Source of the DNA: Actinomycetota bacterium
Lineage (GTDB): Bacteria; Actinomycetota; Actinomycetes; Nanopelagicales; Nanopelagicaceae
Direction: 5' to 3'
DNA length: 64,000 bases
Assembly: GCA_947487595.1 (NCBI GenBank)
Contig: CANKXJ010000001.1
Coordinates: 1,689 to 65,688 of the forward strand
The notes beneath the pieces were generated by a model. The model was not told the DNA's origin. It saw only the letters and a list, made by a program, of their open reading frames with translations, and searched no databases. Positions 11,996-21,951 of this stretch are shown here, piece by piece. The stretch's first letter is position 1; each line of letters begins with the position of its first letter. Both the position numbers and the translations under genes were made by a program.

Positions 11996-12819
11996 GCACT
12001 CCAATGCAGGTCTATGAGCCATTTCGTGCTGGCCTGCCACCATTGAGGCGATATTGGAAATCTCTCTGGTCGCGCAGGACATTTATATCTGAATACTCGC
12101 GCTCTGAACTTCGCGAACAGCATTTTGACTCAGCATTTGGTCAGTTATGGCTAGTACTGAATCCTCTGTTGTTATCAGCAGTTTATTTCTTGCTGATTGT
12201 AATTATTAGTGGATCATCTAATAGCACTCGATATGCACACCTGACTGCAACGCTTTTCCTTTTCTACCTAGTAGCTAACTCACTTACAGGTGGCGTTAAA
12301 TCAATTACTGCCGGTCAGCGCTTAATTTTAAATACAGCCTTTCCTCGCATTATGTTGCCAGTCTCAGCAGTTGTTATAGCAATCTTTAAATTCCTGCCAA
12401 CACTGGCGGTTTTTCTGGTAATCAGAACAGTTATAGGCCTGCCCTTTTCTTGGCAGATGTTATGGGCTATTCCAGTGCTTCTAATAACAATGTTGTTGGC
12501 GCTAGGTCTTGCAGTGACTATTTCTTGTATCAATGTGTATTTCCGCGATATTTCTAGTTTCTTGCCTTACATGACGCGCACTCTTTTGTACTTGTCACCA
12601 ATTTTGTATGAAGCTTCAGATTTGAAACCACAATTAAGAACACTTGAACTCTTTAATCCGCTGTTCCCAATTTTAGATAGTTGGTCGCGTGCATTAGTAC
12701 ATGGACAGGCCCCTCTTACTTCTCACATGCTTATTGGACTTGGTTGGGCAGTTGGTATTTTCTTGATTGGCACATACTTCTTCTTATCAAGGGAGCGTGA
12801 ATTTGCCGTCCGTCTCTAG
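11992..12819 (+). CDS. Polysaccharide/teichoic-acid ABC exporter permease (Wzm/TagG-like)
   Basis: GQLWLVLNPLL, YFRD, YLSPILY, NPL; GTG 11992 overlaps the upstream TGA. Confidence 0.88.
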   Translation: MSTPMQVYEPFRAGLPPLRRYWKSLWSRRTFISEYSRSELREQHFDSAFGQLWLVLNPLLLSAVYFLLIVIISGSSNSTRYAHLTATLFLFYLVANSLTGGVKSITAGQRLILNTAFPRIMLPVSAVVIAIFKFLPTLAVFLVIRTVIGLPFSWQMLWAIPVLLITMLLALGLAVTISCINVYFRDISSFLPYMTRTLLYLSPILYEASDLKPQLRTLELFNPLFPILDSWSRALVHGQAPLTSHMLIGLGWAVGIFLIGTYFFLSREREFAVRL

Positions 12820-12826
12820 CCCACAT

Positions 12827-13600
12827 ATGACCAATGAAATTGCCGTATCAGTTCGCGGCCTTGGTCTTACATACACCACTGCAATTGATCGCAGACCAAC
12901 TTTAAAAGCACGTGTTAAGTCATTGGGACGTGGAGGAAAACAAACTCGAGTTATCCGTGCGCTGGATGAAGTTAATCTTGATGTCACGTATGGCCAGGTA
13001 TTAGGAATTATTGGATCAAATGGCGCCGGAAAATCCTCGTTGATGCGTGTTATTGCAGGAATTTTGCCACCCTCACAGGGGCGAATTGAAGTTTATGGAA
13101 GCGTCAGTACTTTGCTGGCACTTGGAGTTGGCTTTAATCCATCCATGTCAGGCCGTGACAATGTCTATTTAGGTGGATTAGCTGCAGGCATGTCACGTGA
13201 TGAAATTGATAGCCATTTCGAAGAAATCGCTGACTTTTCTGAACTAGGAGAGGCAATTGATGCACCGATGCGCACGTATTCATCAGGTATGTATGCCCGC
13301 CTAGCTTTCTCTGTTGCGGCAACTGTTCGCCCAGATATTTTAATTGTAGATGAGGCGTTGAGTACTGGTGATGCAAAGTTTAAAGAGAAATCACTCAACC
13401 GCATTAAAGAACTACGAAGTGATGATCGTGCATTAATTCTGGTTAGCCATGCGATGGCGACTTTAGAAGATGTCTGTAATGACGTTGCTTGGCTCCATAA
13501 AGGAAAGCTTGTTCAACGCGGGGAACCAAAGGTTGTAATAAATGCATATCGCGAGTTTTTGCAGGTAGGAAAGAGCGCGGCCATCGATGAGGATGTCTAA
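12827..13600 (+). CDS. Polysaccharide/teichoic-acid ABC exporter ATPase (Wzt/TagH-like)
   Basis: GSNGAGKSS, YSSGM.ARLAF, DEALSTGD, VSH. Confidence 0.92.
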   Translation: MTNEIAVSVRGLGLTYTTAIDRRPTLKARVKSLGRGGKQTRVIRALDEVNLDVTYGQVLGIIGSNGAGKSSLMRVIAGILPPSQGRIEVYGSVSTLLALGVGFNPSMSGRDNVYLGGLAAGMSRDEIDSHFEEIADFSELGEAIDAPMRTYSSGMYARLAFSVAATVRPDILIVDEALSTGDAKFKEKSLNRIKELRSDDRALILVSHAMATLEDVCNDVAWLHKGKLVQRGEPKVVINAYREFLQVGKSAAIDEDV

Positions 13601-14822
13601 AGCTTTTCTTGCCTTACTTTTTGTGTTTTCATCTTTAATTCCGATAGCTCACGCAACAGATATTCCTACAACCTTTTCCTTTCAAGGTTCGGGATATGGA
13701 CATGGGGTTGGGTTAAGTCAGATGGGTGCGCGCTCTATGGCGCTAGCGGGACAAAGTTTCGAACAGATCATTAAGTATTTCTATAAAGATGTTGAGATCG
13801 AGCAAAAAGATGATTCCAAAATTCTGCGAGTTAACATCGGTCACCTACTCTCTAGTGCAAAGATTTCAAGCACCGTAAAAGGATCCCAGCTTCAGATCAT
13901 CCAAGGTGATATGGGGAGTGAGAGCGTTATTCCTGTATTTTCTATGGCTGACTCGATATCTTTCTCAATTATCGGCTCCACAGTCAGTCCACGAATAACT
14001 CTTGGAAAAACTACGCAGGTACTGCCTCGAAGTAGAGTTTTCACAGTTCGCTGGGCTGGTACGCGCTATTTAGAGGGCCCTGACACTCTTGTATCAGTGA
14101 GCCACTCAGGTGTAACGCAGAAACTTCGCTATGGGCAGATTCAAGTAAAGGCAATCAAAAGCCCATCTGGGTACCGGATCGCAATGACTAACTCTGTGCG
14201 CTTAGCTGATGAATATCTCTGGGGTATTAGTGAGATGCCATCTTTTTGGCCAGTTGCAGCGCTAGAGGCTCAAGCAATTGCTTCTCGCACATATGCATTG
14301 AGTAAAGCAGGCATATATAGGAGTGCATGTGACTGTGATTTATATGGCACGATTTCTGATCAAACTTTCCTGGGGTATGCAAAGGAAATTGAAAAGAAAT
14401 ACGGAGTGATTTGGAAAGAGATTGTTACGCGCACTGCAGGCTTAACAATCACACAATTGGGATTACCAATTACGGCTTATTTCTCCTCTTCATCAGGGGG
14501 TAAGACAGAGTTAGCAATAAACGCCTGGGGAAGCAGTAAGGCGTATACGCAGATTGTCGACGATCCAGGTTCTTTAGATTTAATACTCAACCCACGATTT
14601 GTTACCTGGAATCGAGAAGTCCCACAAAGCATAATTGCTGCAGCTTTTCTTTTACCTGATGTAGTGAGTTTAGAAATCCTAGGAGTAAATGAGAGTGGCA
14701 CCGTTGCTTCGATTCAAGCAACATCTAGCACTGGCGTGCAGGTAGCGCTGCGCGGTGAGACTTTTAGAAGCAGAACTAAGATACCTTCAGCCTGGTTTAG
14801 CTTAGTTAGCGTGCAGAATTGA
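13587..14822 (+). CDS. SpoIID/LytB-domain secreted protein (putative peptidoglycan lytic enzyme)
   Basis: Signal peptide; GYGHGVGLSQMGA; EYLWGISEMP..W...ALEAQAIASRTYA. Confidence 0.85.
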   Translation: MRMSKAFLALLFVFSSLIPIAHATDIPTTFSFQGSGYGHGVGLSQMGARSMALAGQSFEQIIKYFYKDVEIEQKDDSKILRVNIGHLLSSAKISSTVKGSQLQIIQGDMGSESVIPVFSMADSISFSIIGSTVSPRITLGKTTQVLPRSRVFTVRWAGTRYLEGPDTLVSVSHSGVTQKLRYGQIQVKAIKSPSGYRIAMTNSVRLADEYLWGISEMPSFWPVAALEAQAIASRTYALSKAGIYRSACDCDLYGTISDQTFLGYAKEIEKKYGVIWKEIVTRTAGLTITQLGLPITAYFSSSSGGKTELAINAWGSSKAYTQIVDDPGSLDLILNPRFVTWNREVPQSIIAAAFLLPDVVSLEILGVNESGTVASIQATSSTGVQVALRGETFRSRTKIPSAWFSLVSVQN

Positions 14823-15719
14823 ATTAAGTCCGCCCCAAGTACCAGATCGGTTAATTGCTTCAAGTGCACCATCAAGTGAGTTACGACGAAATAGTAAATT
14901 GTTGCCACCAGAGAGTGCTGCAGCCTTCACAATCTCTCCATCAGGTAAACGAACTTTTGAGGCAGCTGTCACATAAGTTCCAGCTTCAATCACACAGTTA
15001 TCACCAAGTGAAATTCCACAACCAGAGTTTGCGCCTAGAAGTGATTTTTCACCGATTGAAATAACTTCTTTTCCACCGCCACTGAGCGTTCCCATAATGG
15101 AAGCGCCACCACCAATATCTGAGCCATCACCAACAACAACTCCAGCTGAGATGCGGCCTTCAACCATCGAGGTTCCAAGTGTTCCGGCATTGAAGTTAAC
15201 AAATCCTTCGTGCATGACTGTTGTGCCAGAAGCTAAATACGCGCCCAGTCTTACGCGATCTGCATCTGCAATACGTACTCCACTTGGTATTACGTAATCA
15301 ACCATACGTGGGAATTTATCGACAGAAAGAACAGTGACGTGACCGTGCGCAACTTTCAGGCGTGCTCGAGTTGATTCAAAACCCTCAACTGCGCAAGGTC
15401 CAAAGTTTGTCCAGACAACATTCTTGAGTAAGCCGAAAATGCCATCAAGTACAACTCCGTGAGGCTTAACTAAGCGATGTGAAAGCAAGTGCAAACGCAA
15501 ATAAGCATCTTTGGCATCAGCTGGCGCCACTGTTATATCAATTTCAACTTTAACTAATTCACGTGTTACTCCACGGGCTCCATCGCTTCCAACTAATGCC
15601 GCTAGTTCACTGGGAACAGTTGCTGCAAGTGCACCAAGTTGCGGGGACGGAAACCAGACATCGAGAGTTTTCCCGGCAGCCATCGTTGCAATGCCGTGGC
15701 CAGATGCGATGGTCGTCAT
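14802..15719 (-). CDS. dapD: Tetrahydrodipicolinate N-succinyltransferase (actinobacterial type)
   Basis: AYLRLHLLSHR, DKFPRMVDYV, TTVMHEGFVNFNAGT hexapeptide repeats. Confidence 0.95.
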   Translation of the reverse strand: MTTIASGHGIATMAAGKTLDVWFPSPQLGALAATVPSELAALVGSDGARGVTRELVKVEIDITVAPADAKDAYLRLHLLSHRLVKPHGVVLDGIFGLLKNVVWTNFGPCAVEGFESTRARLKVAHGHVTVLSVDKFPRMVDYVIPSGVRIADADRVRLGAYLASGTTVMHEGFVNFNAGTLGTSMVEGRISAGVVVGDGSDIGGGASIMGTLSGGGKEVISIGEKSLLGANSGCGISLGDNCVIEAGTYVTAASKVRLPDGEIVKAAALSGGNNLLFRRNSLDGALEAINRSGTWGGLNSILHAN

Positions 15720-15749
15720 GTCCTAAGCCTAACCCCTATCCTTACCCGT

Positions 15750-16280
15750 ATGCGCATCGCAGTCTTTTGTTCATCATCGCCAACGATTGACCCAAAGTAT
15801 GTAGACCTGGCCTTTGATCTTGGCACCGCTATTGCAGCCAACTCATGGGAATTAGTCACCGGGGGCGGTCATATCTCAATGATGGGCGCAGTTTCTAGGG
15901 GAGCTCGTCAGGGTGGTGGACGAACTATCGGTGTTATTCCACAAGCCCTTGTTGATATTGAATTTGCTGATCACGATAATGATGAACTACATATTGTTGA
16001 AACGATGGGCGAGCGCAAAGCAATGATTACAGATATCGCGGATGCATTCATTACTTTGCCGGGTGGTGCTGGGACTCTTGAAGAGTTTTTTGAGATTTGG
16101 GTAGGACGTTATTTAAAGTTTCACAATAAACCAGTTGTAATCCTGGATCCATTTGGAGTTTATAACCCACTACATGAATTAGTCGAGCATCTAGAAGTTG
16201 AGAACTTTATTAAGCCAGGAATGCGTGAGTTGATTTCTTGGACAACAGATGTTTCACAAGCTCTTAAGGCGTGCTCCTAA
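15750..16280 (+). CDS. LOG-family (TIGR00730) nucleotide phosphoribohydrolase
   Basis: RIAVFCSS, GGG..SMMG, ERK, LPGGAGTLEE; start moved to ATG 15750. Confidence 0.9.
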   Translation: MRIAVFCSSSPTIDPKYVDLAFDLGTAIAANSWELVTGGGHISMMGAVSRGARQGGGRTIGVIPQALVDIEFADHDNDELHIVETMGERKAMITDIADAFITLPGGAGTLEEFFEIWVGRYLKFHNKPVVILDPFGVYNPLHELVEHLEVENFIKPGMRELISWTTDVSQALKACS

Positions 16281-16706
16281 ATGTCTAGTAATCACATAGC
16301 GATCTCTTTGAAGATTGATGCACCCATTCAAAAAGTTTGGGATTCGCTAGCGCAGTGGGAAAACCAAGGTGAATGGATGCTTCAGACTAAAGTCTGGGTG
16401 ACATCAGAAATAACCGAAGGTGTTGGAACTTCCATAAATGCATTTACTGGAATAGGTCCACTAGGAGTTCTAGATTCAATGACAGTTACTTCATGGCAAC
16501 CACCACACACGTGCGATGTGCTCCATACAGGCAAAATAATCAAAGGCACAGGTCGATTTCATTTACGTGAACTCACTTCAGAGACAACGATCTTTGATTG
16601 GTCTGAAGAAGTCATTGCCCCTCGCTTACTCTTTTTGGCGATGCTTCCTGCGCTCTATATTGGTGTGCGCATCTCTTTATCCCGCTTTGCACGAACATTC
16701 CGCTAA
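16281..16706 (+). CDS. SRPBCC-family protein
   Basis: IDAPIQKVWD..W..QGEWM, VTSWQPP; typical position next to LOG. Confidence 0.75.
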   Translation: MSSNHIAISLKIDAPIQKVWDSLAQWENQGEWMLQTKVWVTSEITEGVGTSINAFTGIGPLGVLDSMTVTSWQPPHTCDVLHTGKIIKGTGRFHLRELTSETTIFDWSEEVIAPRLLFLAMLPALYIGVRISLSRFARTFR

Positions 16707-16753
16707 GAGCATCTTCACCTGCATAGGCGTTAAGAGCCAGTAGCCTTAGAACC

Positions 16754-16945
16754 ATGAGCGAGTCCCCAACATTGGCCCAGGTGCTGGCCTCGCTGCCCGA
16801 AGAAGAGCGGATCATCTTGACCTTGCACTACATGCGCCAAATGTCACCAGGAGAGATTGCCCTAATGCTCAAAGTGCCAGAGCGCGCAGTTGATGCCGTA
16901 ATTTCGACCGGAAAAGCGAGATTGAGCGCGGTTCTCGGCTTATAA
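16754..16945 (+). CDS. Stand-alone sigma-70 region 4 domain protein
   Basis: LASLPEEERIILTLHY...SPGEIA..L.VP...V......GKARL; TAGCCT -10 7 nt upstream. Confidence 0.75.
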   Translation: MSESPTLAQVLASLPEEERIILTLHYMRQMSPGEIALMLKVPERAVDAVISTGKARLSAVLGL

Positions 16946-17031
16946 ACCCTTATTGATTTCGCGCTTGTGCTCTAAATACGAGATACTTCTCCTCTTGAAC
17001 TTTCCCCGTCCATCTTTGAAGGAGTCCCCAC

Positions 17032-17211
17032 ATGGCAGCCATGAAACCTCGTACCGGAGATGGTCCAATGGAGGTCACCAAGGAAGCTCGCTCTCTCGTG
17101 ATGCGAATTCCACTAGAAGGTGGCGGACGTCTAGTTGTTGAACTCAACTCTGAAGAAGCTAATAATCTCAGCGCCGCACTTCATGCCGCGGTTGCATTAG
17201 TTAAGAAGTAA
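17032..17211 (+). CDS. DUF3117 family protein (59 aa)
   Basis: Below ORF-track cutoff. Manual translation MAAMKPRTGDGPMEVTKEARSLVMRIPLEGGGRLVVELNSEEA...; SD GAAGGAG upstream. Confidence 0.92.
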   Translation: MAAMKPRTGDGPMEVTKEARSLVMRIPLEGGGRLVVELNSEEANNLSAALHAAVALVKK

Positions 17212-17239
17212 ATCACTAACAGGCGATAGCCTTCAACGC

Positions 17240-18730
17240 ATGTTCTGGACACTCAAAGCTGCCAAGCCTCAACTCTCATTAGCGATAGATGCTGACTCAA
17301 TTGCGCTCGCTTTTGCTAAAGATTCAGAAGGTGTCATTTCATTTTCAGGCCCTGAAAGATTAGTTCAGGAGATTGAAGAGTTTTTTGATATTAATCTTGT
17401 CGATGAGCTTTCATTCTTTTCGCCATTAGGTAAAACGGGAGAGTTGTTTGAAGTACCAGTAAGTGCCGAGGATGCTCAAACAGATCGAATCTTTTTAGTT
17501 GGAATTGGTGATTCATCAACTGCTTCATTTCGTGTGGCAGCAACAGCAATTGCAAGAAAAGTTCGTGGAAAGAACACCACGGTGTATTCAGCATGTGCAA
17601 TTAGTAATAAAGATGTTAAGGCTCATGCAATTGCCTTGACTTTAGGTGCCTACCTCTGGAATCTAAAAACCGGAGAACCTGCAGGTAAGCCAACTTTCAT
17701 AGTTGCCACAAATGAAAAAGAGGTAATAAATGTTGCTATCACTATTTCGAAAGCAATTACGCGCGCTCGTGATTTGGTGCATACGCCTTCTAATATTAAA
17801 AATCCTGCGTGGATGGCTACTAAAGCACAGGAATTCGCCAAAGGAACCAGGCTCACAGTAAAAGTACTTGCAGGAAAAGAGCTTAAAGATTTTGGTGGAT
17901 TGCGCGCAGTTGGTAACTCTTCTCCAAAACCTGGGCCGCGCTTTATTGAAGTGGGCTATGCACCTGCAAAGAAGAAAAATGCGATTAATGCCCTTCCGCA
18001 TGTTGTTTTGGTGGGTAAAGGAATCACATATGACACTGGTGGAATTAATCTTAAGCGTCCATATGACTTGATGATTCCTATGAAAACCGATATGGCAGGG
18101 GCTGCAGCAATTCTGGCAACTCTGACTGCGCTAGAAGAATTACAACCAAATATTCGTGTAACAGCTCTGATGATGTGTGCAGAGAATGCGTTTTCAGGCA
18201 CAGCCCAGCGCCCTAGTGATGTTATTACTCACTATGGTGGAACAACCGTTGAAGTGATTGATACAGATGCAGAAGGTCGCTTAGTTTTAGCTGATGGCTT
18301 GGCATATGCTGATAAGAATTTAGATCCAGATTATTTAGTAGATATTGCAACTTTAACTAGCTCAGCAACACTTGGACTAGGTAGACAGCATGCCGCGATG
18401 TATACACGCGATGAGCTACTTGCACGCGATTTTGAAACTGCAGGTCACGAATCAGGTGATCGAGTTTGGCACATGCCTTTGATTGATGATTACAAGGATG
18501 CCCTTGAAAGTGATATTGCAGATTTCAACCATATAGCCAGAAAAGTGAAATATTCTGCAGGCTCAATTACTGCAGCTCTTTTCCTTGAACACTTTGCAGG
18601 TAATCGCCGTTGGGTTCATTTAGATATTGCTGGAACGGGTCGTAGTGATAGTGATGCTGGTGAAAATCCTAAAGGTGGAACTGGATATGGAGTCCGCTTA
18701 CTAACCCAGTGGATTATGAATCTCAAATGA
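17240..18730 (+). CDS. pepA: Leucyl aminopeptidase (M17)
   Basis: VGKGITYDTGG, MKTDMAGAA, DTDAEGRLVLAD, DIATLT, HLDIAG. Confidence 0.93.
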   Translation: MFWTLKAAKPQLSLAIDADSIALAFAKDSEGVISFSGPERLVQEIEEFFDINLVDELSFFSPLGKTGELFEVPVSAEDAQTDRIFLVGIGDSSTASFRVAATAIARKVRGKNTTVYSACAISNKDVKAHAIALTLGAYLWNLKTGEPAGKPTFIVATNEKEVINVAITISKAITRARDLVHTPSNIKNPAWMATKAQEFAKGTRLTVKVLAGKELKDFGGLRAVGNSSPKPGPRFIEVGYAPAKKKNAINALPHVVLVGKGITYDTGGINLKRPYDLMIPMKTDMAGAAAILATLTALEELQPNIRVTALMMCAENAFSGTAQRPSDVITHYGGTTVEVIDTDAEGRLVLADGLAYADKNLDPDYLVDIATLTSSATLGLGRQHAAMYTRDELLARDFETAGHESGDRVWHMPLIDDYKDALESDIADFNHIARKVKYSAGSITAALFLEHFAGNRRWVHLDIAGTGRSDSDAGENPKGGTGYGVRLLTQWIMNLK

Positions 18731-19353
18731 AAATAGATCCTCATGCATATGCTGAAAACTTTATAGCTGAAGATCCCTTCAAAACCTATGCACGTGCTCG
18801 CGGGGTTGAAATAGGAGCACACGATGTAACACCTGGAGTTGGCGCTTATCTTAAGCACCTTGCCTTTACCCTCTCAGCACAGTCAGTTGTTGAAGTAGGT
18901 ACTGGTTCAGGCGTGGGAAGCTTGTGGCTACTCGATGGCATGTTGGCAAGTGGCACCCTGACTTCAATTGATGATGAGATGGAACATACGCAGATTGCAA
19001 AGTTGGCATTTGCTGATGCAGAGATATCACCAACTCGTTACAGATTAATTACTAACTCAGTCCTAGATGTGATTTCAAAGTTAACCGATAGAGCCTATGA
19101 CTTAGTTGTGGTCCGTCATAATCCTCAAGATTTGGCCTTTGTAATCAGTGAGGCACATCGCATTTTACGAAGCGGTGGGGCGATGGTTATTGATAGCTTT
19201 TTTGGGGGTTCAAAAGTTAATGATCCAGCCCAGAGAGACCCTCAAACTGTGGCGCTTCGTGATGCTGGGAAAATCATTAAAAATGACACAGAACATTGGG
19301 TGGTTACCTTGATTCCAACCGGTGATGGTTTGTTAGTTGCAACGAAGTTGTAG
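18727..19353 (+). CDS. O-methyltransferase (Rv1220c-like)
   Basis: VEVGTGSGVG SAM motif, LTSID, IPTGDGLLVA; ATGA overlap with pepA. Confidence 0.88.
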   Translation: MKIDPHAYAENFIAEDPFKTYARARGVEIGAHDVTPGVGAYLKHLAFTLSAQSVVEVGTGSGVGSLWLLDGMLASGTLTSIDDEMEHTQIAKLAFADAEISPTRYRLITNSVLDVISKLTDRAYDLVVVRHNPQDLAFVISEAHRILRSGGAMVIDSFFGGSKVNDPAQRDPQTVALRDAGKIIKNDTEHWVVTLIPTGDGLLVATKL

Positions 19354-19365
19354 GAAGATACTCAC

Positions 19366-20490
19366 ATGATTTTTCCTAGAAAAAAGGCAATCCACAATGT
19401 GCGACCATGGTGGGAAACAAGTGCACCGAGTAAAAGCTCGAGAGGTAAAGTTTTTATCATTGCTTTGCTTGCTAGTTGCCTCGGGGGATTTCTAGGAGTT
19501 ACTGCAACGGGTGGAACAATCTTTAATTCTGCCAACATAGTTGATTCTTCAAGCACAATTGAGCGCGCACCAGATTCTGTTGCAGGAATTGCTGCCAGAG
19601 TTTTACCCTCAGTTGTTTCTGTTAATACACGCTCTTCAACGGGTCGTGGGGGAACTGGCTCTGGCTTTATTTTTGACAGCAACGGTTACATCCTGACCAA
19701 CAATCATGTTATCGCTGGAGTTGCTAATGGAAATGGTGCTATACGAGTTACCTTGAATAATGGTGATATCTATAGCGCGAGTATAATTGGTCGTGATGCT
19801 TCTTATGACTTAGCAGTGATAAAGATCAGTGCAACGAATCTGCCAGCACTTGAATTTGGAGACAGTGACAAAGTCGCTGTTGGTGATTCAGTAATTGCAA
19901 TTGGTTCACCACTTGGTCTATCAGGAACGGTCACACTGGGAATTATTAGTGCTAAGAATCGACCTGTAACTGCTGGAGATTCTGGATCTGGAAGTTCATT
20001 TATAAATGCACTACAAACGGATGCTGCCATCAACCCAGGAAATTCTGGAGGCCCATTAGTTGATGCAACAGGAGCAGTTATTGGTGTTAACTCAGCAATC
20101 GCATCTCTAGGTTCCTCGTCACAGACCGGTTCAATTGGTTTGGGTTTTGCAATTCCTATTAATCAAACAAGAAAAACTGCGGATCAATTAATCAAATCAG
20201 GAAAAGCTACCTATCCATTTCTAGGCGTTTCATTGGATATGAATTTCACTGGAGTTGGCGCACTTGTTTCCAGTTCCAGCACAGCTATTTTGCCTGGTGG
20301 ACCAGCAGCTAAAGCAGGGATTCGTGCGGGAGACGTCATCGTTAAATTCGAAAATAAGGCCATCGATTCCCCTGAGCAATTAATTGTTGCAATCCGCGCT
20401 ATGAATGTGGGAGATAAGGTCACCCTGACTTACATTCGAGATAGCAAAGAGGTCACTGTCACCGTTACCTTGGTAGCTGGCAATAACTAG
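19366..20490 (+). CDS. htrA: HtrA/DegP trypsin-like serine protease with PDZ domain
   Basis: GSGF, LTNNHV, DLAV, QTDAAINPGNSGG, C-terminal PDZ. Confidence 0.93.
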   Translation: MIFPRKKAIHNVRPWWETSAPSKSSRGKVFIIALLASCLGGFLGVTATGGTIFNSANIVDSSSTIERAPDSVAGIAARVLPSVVSVNTRSSTGRGGTGSGFIFDSNGYILTNNHVIAGVANGNGAIRVTLNNGDIYSASIIGRDASYDLAVIKISATNLPALEFGDSDKVAVGDSVIAIGSPLGLSGTVTLGIISAKNRPVTAGDSGSGSSFINALQTDAAINPGNSGGPLVDATGAVIGVNSAIASLGSSSQTGSIGLGFAIPINQTRKTADQLIKSGKATYPFLGVSLDMNFTGVGALVSSSSTAILPGGPAAKAGIRAGDVIVKFENKAIDSPEQLIVAIRAMNVGDKVTLTYIRDSKEVTVTVTLVAGNN

Positions 20491-20518
20491 AGGTTGATTT
20501 AGAAGGTAGGCTTTCGGC

Positions 20519-20824
20519 ATGTTCTTCGATATCGGCGCAGGTGAAATCCTCGGCCTGGCTATTTTAGGAATGATTCTGCTTGGTCCAGAGCGTCTTCCAA
20601 AAGCTGCCTCTGAAGCTGCCAAATGGGCAAAGAAAGTTCGTGCTTTGTCACAGACAGCAACAGCTGAACTCCGTGAGAACTTGGGACCCGGCTTTGAGAA
20701 TCTTCAGCCTGCAGATCTACATCCAAAAACTTTTGTTAAAAAGCAGTTAGGTGAGTTGTTGGATGACACTCCAGCGGCAAAACCAGCGCGCCCAACTGCA
20801 AAGATTGATCCAGACCTTATATGA
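20519..20824 (+). CDS. tatB: Tat translocase subunit B
   Basis: MFFDIGAGE..LGPERLP, DLHPKTFVKK; htrA-tatB-mrp synteny. Confidence 0.88.
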   Translation: MFFDIGAGEILGLAILGMILLGPERLPKAASEAAKWAKKVRALSQTATAELRENLGPGFENLQPADLHPKTFVKKQLGELLDDTPAAKPARPTAKIDPDLI

Positions 20825-21951
20825 ACCTTATTGAAGCACTCAATGAAGCACTCACAACAGTTCAAGATCCTGAACTTCATCGTTCAATAACTGAGCTTGG
20901 AATGGTTGAAGAGCTAACTGAAGATAACGGCGCCGTGAGTATTAAAATTTTATTAACGATTTCTGGTTGCCCTATGCAAGATCGACTTCGTGGTGATATT
21001 ACTACAGCACTAAAAAATGTCAAAGGTGTTAAAACTGTTGACTTGGCTTTTGGAGTTATGTCGCAAGAGCAACGTGATTATGTCAAGAAAGTTGTTCGCG
21101 GTGGTCGAGAGAAAACTATTACTTTTGCCCAACCAGAATCTCTTACTCGTGTTATCGGTATTGCATCAGGCAAAGGTGGCGTTGGTAAATCTTCTGTGAC
21201 TGCAAACCTAGGAGTTGCATTTGCTAAAAAAGGATTACGAGTTGGAATTTTAGATGCAGATGTCTATGGCCACTCGATTCCCCGTTTGATGGGCTTAATG
21301 GGTCAGCGACCAACTGCCATTGATCAGCTCTTTATCCCTCTGGAGTCATTTGGCGTAAAAGTAGTTTCTATGGAGATGTTTAAGCCAGAGCGCTCTGATC
21401 CAGTTGCATATCGTGGACCTCTCTTACACCGTGTTCTTGAACAACTTCTTTCAGATGCGCACTGGGGCGATTTGGATGTCTTGCTCATTGATTTACCACC
21501 TGGCACTGGAGATTTAGCTATCTCGCTAGGACAACTAATTCCTAACTCAGAGATTGTTGTTGTAACTACACCTCAAATTGCTGCAGCTGAGGTTGCAGAA
21601 CGCGCAGGAAGAATTGCACATCAGATTCATCAACGCGTAATTGGCGTTATTGAAAATATGTCTGAATATGGCTGCCCAACATGTGGTGAGAAAATTGCGC
21701 TCTTTGGAGCAGGTGGCGGTGAAGAAACCTCTAAGCGTTTGTCAGCTCTCGTTGGCATTGATGTTCCACTTCTAGGCAAAATCGCCTTTAATCCAGAACT
21801 CCGAACTGGTGGCGATGACGGAGTTCCGTTAGTTCAAGCTGCTCCTGAATCTGAATCTGCACAGACAATTCTTGCGATTGCAGAGATTCTTGTTAAGCGC
21901 AGTAAATCTCTAGTAGGTGTTCGCTTAGGTATTTCCCCGGAGAGCAATTGA
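20821..21951 (+). CDS. mrp: Mrp/NBP35 Fe-S cluster carrier ATPase
   Basis: DPEL, SGKGGVGKS, DADVYG, DLPPGTGD, ENMS..CPTC. Confidence 0.94.
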   Translation: MNLIEALNEALTTVQDPELHRSITELGMVEELTEDNGAVSIKILLTISGCPMQDRLRGDITTALKNVKGVKTVDLAFGVMSQEQRDYVKKVVRGGREKTITFAQPESLTRVIGIASGKGGVGKSSVTANLGVAFAKKGLRVGILDADVYGHSIPRLMGLMGQRPTAIDQLFIPLESFGVKVVSMEMFKPERSDPVAYRGPLLHRVLEQLLSDAHWGDLDVLLIDLPPGTGDLAISLGQLIPNSEIVVVTTPQIAAAEVAERAGRIAHQIHQRVIGVIENMSEYGCPTCGEKIALFGAGGGEETSKRLSALVGIDVPLLGKIAFNPELRTGGDDGVPLVQAAPESESAQTILAIAEILVKRSKSLVGVRLGISPESN

